A DNA stretch of 64,000 nucleotides from the NCBI RefSeq assembly GCF_009914755.1, contig NC_060928.1. One strand, given 5' to 3'. Below, in pieces: positions 1-13,450 of this stretch. The notes under the pieces were generated by a model, which did no database searches, had not been told where the DNA came from, and saw only the letters and a program-made list of their open reading frames with translations. Numbering within the stretch: the stretch's first letter is position 1; each line of letters starts with the position of its first letter. The position numbers were made by a program, and so were the translations under genes. Source of the stretch: the human T2T-CHM13v2.0 reference genome, Homo sapiens.

Positions 1-140
1 GAAAGCTAAGAAACAGAATCAAAGAAAAATCTACAACCCATGCTACACTTAGTGGTACAAGACTGAATTATTTCCTTCTAAAACGAGGAAAAACTGAAGA
101 TAAAATTCCATTCACTTCTCCTATGAAGCATGATACTCGG
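1..140 (+). mobile_element. Degenerate old L1M ORF2 fragment
   Basis: Resembles the L1 RT region 'catacttaatggtgaaagactgaatgctttccccctaaga' (here 'tacacttagtggtacaagactgaattatttccttctaaaa'). Confidence 0.5.
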
Positions 141-483
141 TATTATCTTGTAATATCTTCAACTCTTCATTCTACTAAATTGAATTTCTCTTGATTTCAT
201 TCATTTTTCCCTCTTCTCCATCATGATTGCATGATTGCATTCCAACAAAATAATTTTTTTTCTAAACTTTCACTTTGATTTCCTCTCTGCAGTTATACAT
301 TCTCACATACAATTATTTATCTAAACATTTAAATTTTCATTCCATTATTTGCTGCTGGGTGTTTCCAAGGCATTGTTTTCATTGCTGGAAACAACATTAT
401 AAAGGCTTCTTATGAGGAAATATAGTCATTTTCAACTTTCTATTTAGGTGTCACCTTCTCATCAAAAATTTCTATTGACCAAT

Positions 484-715
484 ATCCTAGATCTCTTTCT
501 TGGGGAGGCAGAGGGAGATGGTTTAGTGGGAAGAATATTTATTAGAGAAACAAAATCTGTGGAAGGAAGAAGGAAGCAAGCCTGGCCAGAGAGAGAAGTT
601 GAGCTGCAGTGCTGCCTTGGTTCACTCCACAGGGAGCTCTGGAACTAAAATTACCAATCAGAGTTGCACTGCATCATATGAAAACTTTTAGGCCTTTGTT
701 TCCCCTATATTATCC
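484..715 (-). mobile_element. ERVL-type solo LTR fragment (LTR16/LTR33 group)
   Basis: 'gagagaagttgagctgcagtg...ccacagggagctctgga' is the reverse-complement counterpart of the LTR at 7460-7903 ('gagctctc...caacttctctctct'). Confidence 0.6.
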
Positions 716-744
716 CATTTATGCAATATTCTCTAAACGCAAAA

Positions 745-955
745 ACAATTGAGGCAGAAAACAGTCAGTCATTGTCAGGTGCTTGGGGTGGGGCATAGGC
801 AGGAGAGTGACAAAAAAGTTGCATTAAATAAGTTTTTGAGGTGATGGAAATCTTTGATATCCTGACTCTGTGACAGACTATATGTGTTTGTCAAAATCAT
901 CAACTTGTGCATCTAAGTAGAATTAATTTCCGAATACCTAATTATTTCTCAATCC
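745..955 (+). mobile_element. L1MC/L1MD-type 3' UTR fragment
   Basis: Typical motifs 'tttttgaggtgatggaaat...tatcctga...tttgtcaaaa...aattatttctcaat'. Confidence 0.6.
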
Positions 956-959
956 ACCA

Positions 960-2110
960 GACAAAAAATAAAACTGAATGAGTTTTAATGACAATATTAA
1001 AATTAATAGACAAACATCTGGCGTACCTAACAAAGAGTGAAGAGAGAAAATTCAGGTATATAGCATTTATAATTAAAAACATATAAAATAGGTTTTTTAA
1101 CACAATCCACACAAATTTGAAAATTCTTTAAAATTTGTTCTTTAAAGTATATATATACGTTTCTGTGTGTGTGTTCATGTGTGTGACTTCATAAGACTAT
1201 CAGAAACTTTCAAAGATAGTAGCAGAAAAAAGTAAAATCTGAATAAATTAATAATAAAGTTAAAAATGCTGTCAAAAACTACTTTCACTAACGATTTTAC
1301 TGATGATTTAGTTTTAAAGAAGAGTTACCTTCTGTGGTCCTGTTTCTTAGACTTTAATATACATTTATACTATTGGATAATTTGGAAAATGCAGATTCTT
1401 TATCACTACATCTTGAATATGGTTGAAGAATCTGTGTTTTAATAAATGCCCAGATAATTTCAGTGTTACTTGTGCTTGAATTTTCTTTCAGTAGCAAAAT
1501 CGTATGATACTTAAAGTGCTTTATATTTAGAAAATGATAATATTTGTAAGAACTTTAAAAACTATCATCACAAGGTGGAACTAAAATCTTAGAAAATTAA
1601 CTTAATCAGTAATTTACCAAAAGAACATACATGTAGACACAGACACACACACACAGACACGTACACATGAGAATTTTTAAAATCAAATTTCCAAAACTGT
1701 TGTAAACATAGCAGCAAAAAAGTAAAGCCTGCTTGAAGAAAACCAGTAAAGCTTATAGTAAACTGTCAAAAATTAAAAGTATGAAAAGATTCTTTTTTTA
1801 TTTGTGGTTGGAAAACTCAATCTTGTTAAGTAGTATCTGCAATTTTATAAAATGATACAAAATATCATCTGAAAGCCTAAAAAATATGGGAATCGAAAGG
1901 CTTAAAGACAGAGAAAACCTGTACAGCTTCAATTGAAGATAACATTTTTAGCATGATAGAAGTGACAAGAAATAGAAGACAGATCAATGTACTGAGAAAA
2001 TAATCCAGAAACAAAATTATAGCGGTAAAAACTTAAAAAGTGCCTTTTTATGTCAATGATAAAAAAAATCTAGCTCAATATGTTAATTTATTATAAATGA
2101 ATAACTACAT
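960..2110 (+). mobile_element. Highly degenerate L1M ORF2 fragments, with a probable MER5-like hAT MITE remnant at ~1330-1470
   Basis: A-rich L1-like motifs ('tggttggaaaactcaat', 'aatagaagacagatcaatg...atccagaaacaaa'); MER5-like 'aaatgcagattc...gaatctgtgttttaataa'. Confidence 0.4.
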
Positions 2111-2125
2111 TTAAAGAACAATGTC

Positions 2126-2388
2126 TGGCCCGCTGTGGTGGCTCATGCCTGCAATCCCAGCACTTTGGGAACCCAAGGCAAGTGAATGGCTTGAGCTCAG
2201 AAGTTTGAGACCAGCCTGGGCAACATGATGAAAAAAAAAACACACAAAAAAATACAATAAAATTGAGCTGGGTGAGATGACACAGGCCTGTAATCTCAGC
2301 TACTCAGGAGGCTGAGGTGAGGGGATCTTTTAAGCCCAGGAGGCAGAGGTTGCAGTGAGCTGAGATCTTGCCTCAGCAGTCCAGCCTG

Positions 2389-2390
<2 letters not shown>
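2126..2390 (+). mobile_element. Old Alu (AluJ-like), 3' end and poly-A missing
   Basis: Dimeric Alu with J-type 'gcttgagc...ag' and 'gcccaggagg' and heavy CpG decay; stops at 'ccagcctggg' where the next Alu begins. Confidence 0.85.
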
Positions 2391-2743
<353 letters not shown>

Positions 2744-2997
2744 CTATTTCTATTACCATCTATTTAAATGGTTTTCTCTCTAACTGTAGAATGTCCAACA
2801 TGATTATGTCTGCATTATAAATTATTCTAAAATAAACTACAAATCTTTTACAAAGTAAATACAGATTTGTGATAAAACCACAAAAATCCTGAGAAAATTT
2901 TCTTGAGCAAATTCTCTGGTTTACCTCATCATGGAAAATGGAAGAGTGAATTAGAAGAAATTTTAACATAGGAAGCTTACCAGAGAGAATTCTTAAA

Positions 2998-3600
2998 AGT
3001 TCAGACACTGTGGAAAGCAATTTGGAGATTTCTCAAAGAATGTATGAGAACTGCTATTCATCCCAGCAATCTCATTACTGGATATATATATCCAAAGGAA
3101 TATAAATTATTCTACCATGATAACACATGCACACACATGTTCACTGCAGTACTATTTACAATTGCAAATACATGGAATCAACCTAGATGCCAATCAGTGG
3201 TGGTCTGGATAATAAAGCAAATGTGGTACATATACACCATGGAATACTATGCAACCATAAAAGAATGAAATCATGTTCTTTGCAGCCACCTGGATAGTCC
3301 TGGAGACCATTGTCCTAAGTGAATTAATACAGGAACAGAAAAGCAAATACTGCATGTTCTCACTTATAAGTGGGAGCTAAATACTGAGTAAACAAGGATG
3401 CAAAGGAGGGAACAACACACACTGGGGCCTACTTGAGGGTAGAGGGGGAGGACCAAAAACCTACCAAATCAGTACGATGCTCATTACCTGGGTAATGAAA
3501 TAGTCTGTACACCAAATTCCTATGACACACAATTTATCCATATAATGAACCTGTACAAGTACCCTCGAACCTAAAATAAAAGTTGGAAAGATAAAAAAAA
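2998..3600 (+). mobile_element. 5'-truncated L1 3' end (L1PA15/16-like)
   Basis: ORF2 C-terminus (…MWYIYTMEYYATIK), 3' UTR 'actggggcctacttgaggg', ends 'aacctaaaataaaagtt' plus A-tract. Confidence 0.85.
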
Positions 3601-4074
3601 CTATAATCTTAAAACAAAATAATAAGGATAATAACAACAAAAAATTAAGTGGACTATGCCAAGTCTTGCTTATTTTAAAATCCTTTCCCTGGTAGCATCA
3701 ATGTATAGCCTTTACTGTAAGGAACATGGCATTAGCGTTTTGTACTTTAGTAAACAGACTATATTTTTAGATCTCAGGTTCACTGATCTGAGTTACTAAG
3801 TTAGTTGTGATTGGTGTAGAGTGATGACGTTATTTATTCTCTAAGTGACTTGTACACCAAATGTATGTCTTATGAAAAATAATGTGTTATGTATGTTTAT
3901 GTACCTATTTTTGTATCTGTGATTCTGTGTAGTTTATCAAACCAATCTTCAAATTTGAGATTTCTAAATACCAGAGGCTTGAGGGTTTTGTGTAACCCTC
4001 CTCATCCACTCAAAAATCCCTATATATATTTGCTCAGAAAATATCTATCCATGTCCCTAGAGAAACATAGTTAT

Positions 4075-4345
4075 TTACACCAAAGATATATTGTATGTAA
4101 TAGTTATACAGCATGAATAAGTCTAGAGGTCAAATGTAGACCATGAGGACTGTAGTTAGTAATATTGTATACTGGAAATTTGCAAATAATAATTTCAGGT
4201 ATTTTCATCACACACAAACACAAACACAAAAGGTAATCGTGAGAGGGGATGGATATGTTAATTTGCTTGACCGTAGTAATCATAATCACTTTACTATGTA
4301 TATGTAATTCTGTTGTACACCCTAAATTTATATAATTAGAGAAAA
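4075..4345 (+). mobile_element. L1MA-type 3' UTR fragment
   Basis: 'gaataagtctagag...gactgtagttagtaatattgtatactggaaatttgc...gatggatatgttaatttgcttga...ttgtacacc'. Confidence 0.75.
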
Positions 4346-4647
4346 GGTTTTACAGTCATATAATTTCGGTTATTCATGTTTTGATTGATTAATAGGATCA
4401 CATTTTTATCATTTTACATATTCATCAGTAAAACAATAAAAGCATTGATCTGATCATTAAAAGAAGACATCTGTGTCTAGCTGAGAGTTTGTGGATGTTT
4501 AAAAACATTTTCTGTATTACCCAATTTGTAATGTTGCAAACATAAAACTGATATTTAAAAACAAGATTTCTAATTGCATTTCTTTTGTAATCAGGAAAGA
4601 AAATGAAGCAATGGTTTCCTCCTGTTTATTAAGAGCCATTAGGGTAA

Positions 4648-5160
4648 TGCATTAGTTATCTACTGCTTCTCAACAAATTATCCCCAAATCTAGCATCTTA
4701 AAACAATATACATTTGTATAGTCTCACGTAGTTTCAGTTGGGTGGATATCTGTGTGTGTCTGGCTCAGTGTCCTGAGAGTATAGTTAGTATGTTTATGTC
4801 ATCTGAAAGCTTAACTAGGGCTGAATAGTCTGCTTCTAAACGTGCTCACTGAAATGCTTGGCAAGTTAGCACTGGTTGCTGGTAGGAGGTGCCGTTCCTT
4901 GCCATGTGAACTTTTAAATAAGGCTGTTCAAGTTTGTTTATGGGTTGACTTTTAATTTTTCTCAGAGCTAGTGATTCAAGAGAAAGCAAGGTGGAAGCAA
5001 CAATGTCTTTTAACACCTAGCCTGGGAAGTCACAGTTCATCATTTCTACAGTATACTATTTTATATAAAAGTGAACCCTACTGGGTTTGGGAGGGAACTC
5101 CACAATGATGTGGATCCTAGGTGGAAGGACTCCTTGTGGGGATATGGAGGCTGGCTACTC
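4648..5160 (-). mobile_element. MaLR solo LTR (MLT1F/G-like)
   Basis: Begins 'tgcattagttatctactgct...acaaattatccccaaa...ttaaaacaa'; contains 'catctgaaagcttaactagggctg' and 'ggaagtcacag...catttctacag'; ends 'gaggctggctac'. Confidence 0.75.
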
Positions 5161-5799
5161 TTTGAGAAGCTTTCCTCACTACACTGATTTTATCCCTTAA
5201 AAATATAAAATACTACAAGCAATGCAAATATTGGAAATACCCATTTCCATGAAACAACATGAATAACAAACTTGTCTTACAATTTGTACAACTGTTTTGC
5301 AATATCAGCAGTATTTTATACTAAAAGATTTACTATTTTTCAATGTCATATGTCATTAGCTATTTATCCCATAAACCATCTTATTTGCTAACAATGTTTA
5401 AAATAGGTCAATTAAAGAAGATTAGCAAAACAACAGACAAAAAAAGAAGAGGAAATATTAGCAAACAAGTATACGGTCTACCTTAAATGCAACTATTCAT
5501 ACTAATGATCTAAATAATGACAAAGCCGTAAAGTCAGGGATATATCATTGGCCAATATTTTCTAATGACAGCTTATGAAATTAGGAGTAATACAAATAAT
5601 AATAATAGCATAGGAATTACAGTGTGGAAAATTAGAAATGTGAAAGCTTCTTGACGTAATTGCAAATTAATGTATGCAAATTATTTTAGTTTGAAATTCC
5701 ACATTTTATAAAACATAACATTTTTAGAAACTTTCAGAATGTACTAGGTTATTAAAATGTAAATTAAGACTTTATTTTAGAAAAGAGAAGGTGAAGATG

Positions 5800-5945
5800 G
5801 ATCCACCTGTTGTGTACTCTGCTCCTAACCTGGGCGATGGCATCATTCATACTCTAAGCCTCAGCATCACACAATATACTCATATAACAAACCTGCAGCT
5901 ATACCCGCTGAATCTAAAATAAAAGTTGAAATTATTAAAACATAA
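5800..5945 (+). mobile_element. L1PB/old L1PA extreme 3' end
   Basis: 'cctcagcatcacacaatatactcatataacaaacctgca...tgaatctaaaataaaagttgaa'. Confidence 0.75.
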
Positions 5946-7459
5946 TAATAACAAAGTTTGATGGTGAAGTTACATGACATCTCAAAGTTTCTATCAACCA
6001 TATAGTTTTATGAGAAAATAAGAGTTTTCATCTTTCTAATTCCCCCATTCTAAATCTTATTCCAAGCAAGGTGGCAGATTTAAATATTACCCAGGATGAT
6101 AAAACATTTTCTGATTAAGTTTAAACCCAATGCTTTTTAGTATTTTTACTAATGAACCTCACTGAAAAACAGAAATCCTGCTCATTGAAGTTAAGATAAT
6201 AATCAATTTTTAAATGTAGTTTTAGTTTCAATCCTTTCAAACTAGTTATATCTCTAGGTTTAAAAAAAAAATCAGAGGGATGTGATTGGCTGAGGAAAAA
6301 GGAATAACTGAACTATTCCTTAGGACAGTACTTTCAAAATATAGGACATACTATCTTGATAATATATAAGGTAAAATTGAGTAAAATGTAATTTAATAAA
6401 TACAATTAAGTATTTGCTAATTTATATTGATGGCAATGATTTATTTAATATTCTATGGCAGCTACATATTTTCTATAAAAACTTTATAGAGGTAACAAAA
6501 ATGAAACAATTTATATAAAATACTTAATAATTGGAACAGTCTTATGTGAATACAGTACAAAAACAGCTTCAATTTTGCAAATAGTTTTAAGACTTAGCTA
6601 TTACAGTGTGTAGGTTTTCCTTTGGACATTTAATGATGTTCTTACCCCAATATGGAACCACAGACACTCCAGGAAAAAAAAACTTGGCTATATTAAATTG
6701 ATTGTAAATTATTTCAATAGAAAATTTAAACCAGGATGTCTGATAGGTCAGTTCTGGCAATAAAGCTCTTCAGTATCCACTATCAGCTGTCAATGATTTT
6801 ATCTTCCTCCCATTACTCATGCTCATGGATGATACTTGCTCACTGATGACCTTGTAATGTTTAAATTATGAAGTCAAGATAAGGATTCTGTGGAGTAGAC
6901 TAGACTTCATGAATTTGCAAACTTCATGGTTCATAGGCAAGGCATGTGGAAGATTCATGTGTCAAGCTTCCATTCAACCAGCATCTTTGTAGTCCGACAT
7001 GAAGCAATTCTCCTTCATTCAAAAAAAATTCAAAAAAAAAAATTTGGTGGATTTGATACTATGTTCCTGGCATTTTGTTATGTCCAAAGTTTAAACTGAG
7101 GGAGAATGTCTTTGTGGAAATTTAGAGAATAATGATACGTTTATAAAATGAAATTTAAAAATGCAGTAAGATTGGCATAAACCATGAGCCAGATAAACAC
7201 AGCACGATATTGAAAGCATGAAGAAGACAACCAATGTCTCATATTTTTTAAACTAATTATATTTTGATATTTTGAGCCATAGAAAAATACACTGAATATA
7301 TAAAAAACCACCCAAACATTGAAAATCCTAATTTAATATTATAATGGATTTGTCAAATTTCATTTTATTATATAAAATAAAATGTATTGAAAAACCCTAA
7401 GACCCCTTTGAATTGAGAAAGAATACACAAGAATGTGCACTGATCCCACCTTTAATGTC

Positions 7460-7903
7460 TATGGCTGAAATCATGATGTGTCACCCAGCTCCACCTTTAA
7501 GAAAGGACGTGTGAATGCTGATGAGATTGCCATTGTCAGACAATTGGGATCCAGCTGTCAGCCGATTTAGGGATTGCCTAACCTTTCAAGAGCCACATTG
7601 TCCAAGGTCAGTCTCCTCCCAGGGCAGCTGATGTCCAATGACTGATTGAGGTGGCCATAAAAACGATGAGACATTTTAAGGTAACGCAATATGATTCTGA
7701 TCGACCATTCAAGCTGTGGAGCTCTCTTTTGTGTCAGCTAAGGCAGGCATCAGGACAGCATCATAGATCAACTTCTCTCTCTCCCTGGTTATGCTTCCAT
7801 CCCCTCCCTTCCAAAGGCATTGACTTCAATTAATACCGTCAATATCACTTAGCCCACTAGACTCCACCACAGTGTGTTTCTGTCCTCGAAAGCAACCTGT
7901 GAC
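7460..7903 (+). mobile_element. ERVL-type solo LTR (LTR16/LTR33 group)
   Basis: 'cagctgtcagcc...gggattgcc...ccaaggtca...ggcagc...tccaatgactgat...caacttctctctct...ccctcccttcca...caacctgtgaca'; ends in CA. Confidence 0.7.
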
Positions 7904-10020
7904 AAGGGTCAACAACATTTTTCTCACATCTTCATTTCATTAATTATATTTTACTAATTGATCTCAATTAATCATTAGAATTTAGCATTTTCCAATACTA
8001 ATGGGAAAAGACATAAATAATTTTAAACAAAATTTAAGTATAACATATAGTCAAGTGTCTACCTAGACATATAAAAAGGGATTCAGTGTTATGAAATATT
8101 AAAGTTTAAAAATGTAGTATTTCCTCTGTTTCTGACTTTCTAAAAAGTGTTAATTTGGTTATTTGTTTATGCTTGTTCATTTAAAGCCAATTATAAAACC
8201 AGCCACCTATTCCACCATTAAGAGATTATTTTAAGCATATTGAGATATCTTTGAAAAATGTCTTATCTTCTTATATTACATAATAGACAAACAAACCAAT
8301 GAATGAGATATAGAAGCTCTACCATTGCTTTTATCTCAGTTATAGACCTCATATTATAAAATCAGTAATCACTGTCGTGGGTAAGTAGTAACCTGAAAGA
8401 ACTCCATTTTTTCTCTTTCAGGCCTCTCTGCAAATGAGTCTTGCTATCAAAATGCACTTTATATCTGCTTTCTCACAGCACTTAGTAATTTAAATTCCAT
8501 GAGGACCTCTAGGTACATTTTGAAAACATGGATATTTTTAAAGGCTATTATTATGTGACATGCAGCCATATCACCTCAAATTATTAGATTGTTTGTATCC
8601 TTGTATTCTTCTAACAGTTTAAATAAGCCATCCAGTTAATGGTATGGTCATATATAAGTGTTAAATAAAAATGACAAATTGTGTGGATGACAACATTTTC
8701 TTCAAATTAAATACACTAACCAAATAGAGATATTCCTGACCTCCATACCAGAAATACAATTGTTCTGGCAGCTATGACCTCAAGCCTTGACAGATCTTTT
8801 TGCCCTCTAGATATAGATTTTGAATTCTATTTTAAGATTTTCCTTTATGTTCTGTTTCTATCCTAAGTCCACATCCTCCAATCTTAAAACTAGCTACCTA
8901 TAAACATTTTACTTTCAATAGATGAATGTTAGCATATTTTTATAATACCAACATTATCCAATGTAAATCACTTCAATTGTAGGTTTAAGAATATTTCTAA
9001 TGGCATCCCTTAGTTTTCTCCTATGCTCATCCTTGTCCATCTTTCAAAACTATGCACACTTTCTAATCCATCCTAATTATATCACATCCTCCTTCCAAGA
9101 ATCAGACACAGATATTTCATCACAAGTTACAAATCTCTCTTCTCTTACTAGCTCTCTGACCTTTGCAAACCTGTAACAGAATCTCTTCTGTCAAAAGGGG
9201 AAGAACAATCAATCTAGTTTTATGCTCCTTCAAAACACCATTTTCACTTTTTCTTATTATAGCTAAATATCTCAAAATAATAAATTACAAATGCTATTCC
9301 CAATTACTTTCTTTTAATCCTTCTATATTATGATTTCAAAGCCACTAAACTAAATGCTTAAAGCAAAAAATAACCTTTTAATTTTCAAATTCACTGGCAT
9401 CTTTCAAGTTTTAATTGAGTCTATTAATTGAGCTTCATTTGGTTCAAGATCTCTTTTGTCTTCACTTTCATGCTTGGCTTCTGTTCTATGGTATTTTACT
9501 GGTCCTTTACCTGTCACACCGAACAAACTTCCAATGCAGAATTCAGTTTTAAAAGTTAGCCCTCAGATACTAACAGGTGTTGCAAATTATCATTCAATTG
9601 ACTTCACCAGTCAATCATTAAATTTCTATGCCTCAAGCATTACTTATATCATCCAAAGTTTAAATGTTGAAATATTTTAAACTTTGTCTTTCAACTGTAT
9701 AAATCATTTATTTTCATTTAACTGTACATTTTTTAGTTACTGAGCTAAAATTATCAGTTACATGTGATAATATTATCTTCCTAGCCCAATGTTGATACGA
9801 ATCTCCCAATTTGAAACAAGGTCCTAGTCACATTCAAGCAGCCCAGTGATTCTCTGTTTTAATTCATATATTTTATTCTTATTTCTGTTTCACCTATTTA
9901 AACATAAATTATTATGAAAGACTTAAAATGGATGAAAACAGAGTAGTAGAAAACAATATGTACATTATCATGATTCAACAATAAATATTTTCTCTGTGTT
10001 TCATATTGAGAAACCAGAAG

Positions 10021-10034
10021 TATGTGTGTGTGTG

Positions 10035-10084
<50 letters not shown>

Positions 10085-10496
10085 TGTGTATATATATACA
10101 TATACTGGTATATATATATATATACACACATATACTGGTATATATATATATACATATACTGGTATATATATATACATATACTGGTATATATATATACATA
10201 TACTGGTATATATATACATATACTGGTATATATATATACATATACTGGTATATATATATACATATACTGGTATATATATATACATATACTGGTATATATA
10301 TATACATATACTGGTATATATATATACATATACTGGTATATATATATACATATACTGGTATATATACACACATATACTGGTATATATATACATATACTGG
10401 TATATATATATACATATACTGGTGTATATATATATACATATACTGGTATATATACATACATATACTGGTATATATATATACATATACTGGTATATC

Positions 10497-10546
<50 letters not shown>

Positions 10547-10795
10547 CACACATATACCGGTATATGTGTGTGTATATATATATACACACACACACACATA
10601 TATATATACATATACCAGTGTGTATATATATACACACACACACACATATATATACACACACACTATATATATACACATATATACATATATATACATATAT
10701 ACACACACATATATACACATATATACACATATGTACACATATATACACATATATACACATATATATACACATATATACACATATATATATACTGG
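10021..10795. repeat. Compound (TG)n/(TA)n/(CA)n microsatellite with an embedded ~22-bp minisatellite (CATATACTGGTATATATATATA x18)
   Basis: Seen directly; 18 'actgg' units counted between ~10100 and 10495. It accounts for all the 250-277 aa Y/I/C/V/T/H ORFs. Confidence 0.98.
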
Positions 10796-11239
10796 TTTTG
10801 TTTCTCAATAGGAAATAGTGATTATTGGGTTTGATTTTGTCTTTTCTGGAATTCTGCCATTACATGTATAATTACTTCAGTAAATATCAAATAGGGAGAT
10901 TTTATTTCTAATATTTACACCAATTTGCTTTTGTTGCATTCTATATTAGTCACATAATTGATTATTTTAAACATATATAAAGCACTAAAATTAAATTTTA
11001 TTCTTATAAACTCATGTTATTTTATAATCTACTTTAAAAATTATTCTTTCATATTTTTGTTATTTTATATTTACTATTACATATTTTATATTTACTTACA
11101 ATGAGAGCTAGAGCTATTTAAATAAGACAGTTTTTCTTTTTCTTTCTGAAAATAATTTTATATGTATCCAATGACATTATTACCTATCAATAAAAATACC
11201 ACAAACATTCAAACACTTGTATAAATGCATTGAAGCTTT

Positions 11240-13450
11240 TTATTGCAACTAAAATGGAGTGACTGGAGTAGAATTACTTTTTTCTCAGTAGCAATTAAAA
11301 ATTTGAAAGAAATATATTCAACAATCGTTTTAGTCATTGAATGTCAGGAAATATAGAGCAGGGATTCATGAAAGCAGAGAAGTAAACGAGGTCAGCCCTA
11401 AAATTATTCAATTGTAGGCTAAATGGCTTACTAGTCTTGTTAAGCTGAAAAGATGGTTTGGAAGTTTGGAAAGACTGGAAAGTCTAGGAATGGCAGTATG
11501 TCAGATTTGGAAAGCTTCACGTAGAGAGCTCTTGAGATGTGCAAGAGTTCCCTTTGAATCTTCAGCTGAGGACTGGTTGGCACATGAGTGAGAAAACAAA
11601 ACAAAACAAAAAAACAGGAAAAAACTTCCCAAGGAAATGACATTATAATGGTTATTATAGCCATATTTCACAAACCAAGAAGCTAAATCTAGATCCTGTC
11701 AAGCAGACACATAGAAGATGGAATAAAAACTCAAATAAAACTTTAACAGTGAAAACTATAATATCGGAGATAAAAATGAATTAAATGGAATTAAAAACAG
11801 ATTAGACTCTGTAGATGAATATTAGTTAACTGAAATCATAGCAATAAACATTTTTCAATGTGAAACAAATGAAAATAGATACTGATAAAAAATAAAAAAT
11901 ATCAGAGATCTGTAGCACAATTTTAGACAATCTAATATTTGTGTAATTTGAGTTCCTGAAGGAGAGATGAGAGTGAAAAATACTAGAAGAAATAATAGTT
12001 AAAATTTGCCATGTTGGCAAAATTGGTAAAAAAAAAATTGGTAAAAAATATAAACCCAGTATTCCAAGAAGCTCAACAGAATCTAAGTATAATAAACTGC
12101 AAAATATTGCACCACTCACATCAAAATGCTATTTGTTAAAATCAGTGATAAGGAGAAATTTTAAGTCTCTTAAAAAATTATGTGTTACATGCGGAAGAAC
12201 AAAGAGAAGATTGATAGATATTTCTCATTAGAAAAATTCAAGGCAGAAGAATGCAATTTTTAAGAAATATTTCTTTAAAAGGCAAGAAATAAGAAAACTG
12301 TCAACATAGAATTATTTATTCAGTGTGAAAAATCTTTCAAAAATAAAAGTAAAATAAAATTGTTTAGACATACAAAAGACAATGGAAACATCACCAGTAG
12401 GAATGCAATAAAGGAATATAAAATGAAGTATTTTCAGGAGTAGAAAAAAGTTACTGTATGATAATCTGGACCTACAGAAAGTAATGAAGATGTTTGGAAC
12501 TAGCAAATTTGTGGGTGAATATAAAATGCTTTTTATAAAAAATGGATTACTATTAAGCAAAATGATAGTAATGTACTATGTGGTTTTAACATATGTATAG
12601 GTAACATAAATGGCAAAAATAGCAGAGGAAGGAAAATATAATTAATCATTCTGCTGTAAATGATTATAATTGATGCAATTATGTATATTGTTATTTCAAA
12701 TTAGACTGTGAATAATGCTTTATACAATTAACAATAAATCAAGTGCTTTTTAAATATTTAGAAATAATCTAAAAGCAGGTTAAAATTGAATAAAAATGCT
12801 CAATAAAATAGTAGATACAAATTAGGAAAAAAGAACAAAGTTACACAATAAAAAACCAGCAGAAAGATGGTTTATACCTAATCACATAAATATTCACATT
12901 AATGTATGTTGTCTAAACATCAAAATCAAGCCTGTTCATATTTGATAAGAAACATGAGGTTTAACTCTATATTGCCTTCAGAAATACTACATTAATATAA
13001 ATACACAAATAGGTTACAGTAAATCTGTGAGTAAATATATACCATCCTAAAACTAATCAAAGAAAACTGAAAGGGCTATGTTAACATCAGATAAAGTAGA
13101 TTTAAGAGCAAAAAATATTACCTGGAAAAAAAGAGTCATTTATACTGGTGAAAGGTTTAATTCATAAGAAGAACATAAACACCCTTAATATTTATGCTCT
13201 TATATACTAGTGTTTTATAATATTTGAAGCAAAAACTAATAGAAATGAAGTAGGAAATAAATCAACAGTCTTAGTGATCTGTTGGTAATTGATTTTAAAA
13301 AGCGGTAAAAATATAGTAAAATGTAGATATTTTGAATAACACTATCAGCTAAATATGCCTAATTGACATTTTTGGAATATTCAATCCAATGATAACACAA
13401 TACATATTGCAGTAACATGCAAATGGCACATTAACCGGAAGAAGCAAAAC
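11240..13450 (+). mobile_element. Old L1M 5' portion (5' UTR, ORF1, ORF2 endonuclease), degenerate
   Basis: ORF1-like 'ataaacccag...ccaagaagctcaac' and 'ggagaaatttt'; EN-like 'catcagataaagtagattt' and 'aatatttatgc'. Confidence 0.7.

Noticed and set aside
8375-8520. Strong + strand donor (G|GTAAGT) and acceptor (ttctctttcag) close together
   Set aside because: The implied intron is only ~41 nt and no reading frame supports it.
10099-10495. CRISPR-like regular repeat
   Set aside because: There are no unique spacers, the context is eukaryotic and no cas genes are present; it is a tandem minisatellite.
9898-10834. Seven overlapping ORFs, five of them 253-277 aa
   Set aside because: They are translations of a repeat that lacks stop codons; the Y/I/C/V/T/H low complexity in most frames on both strands marks them as artefacts.
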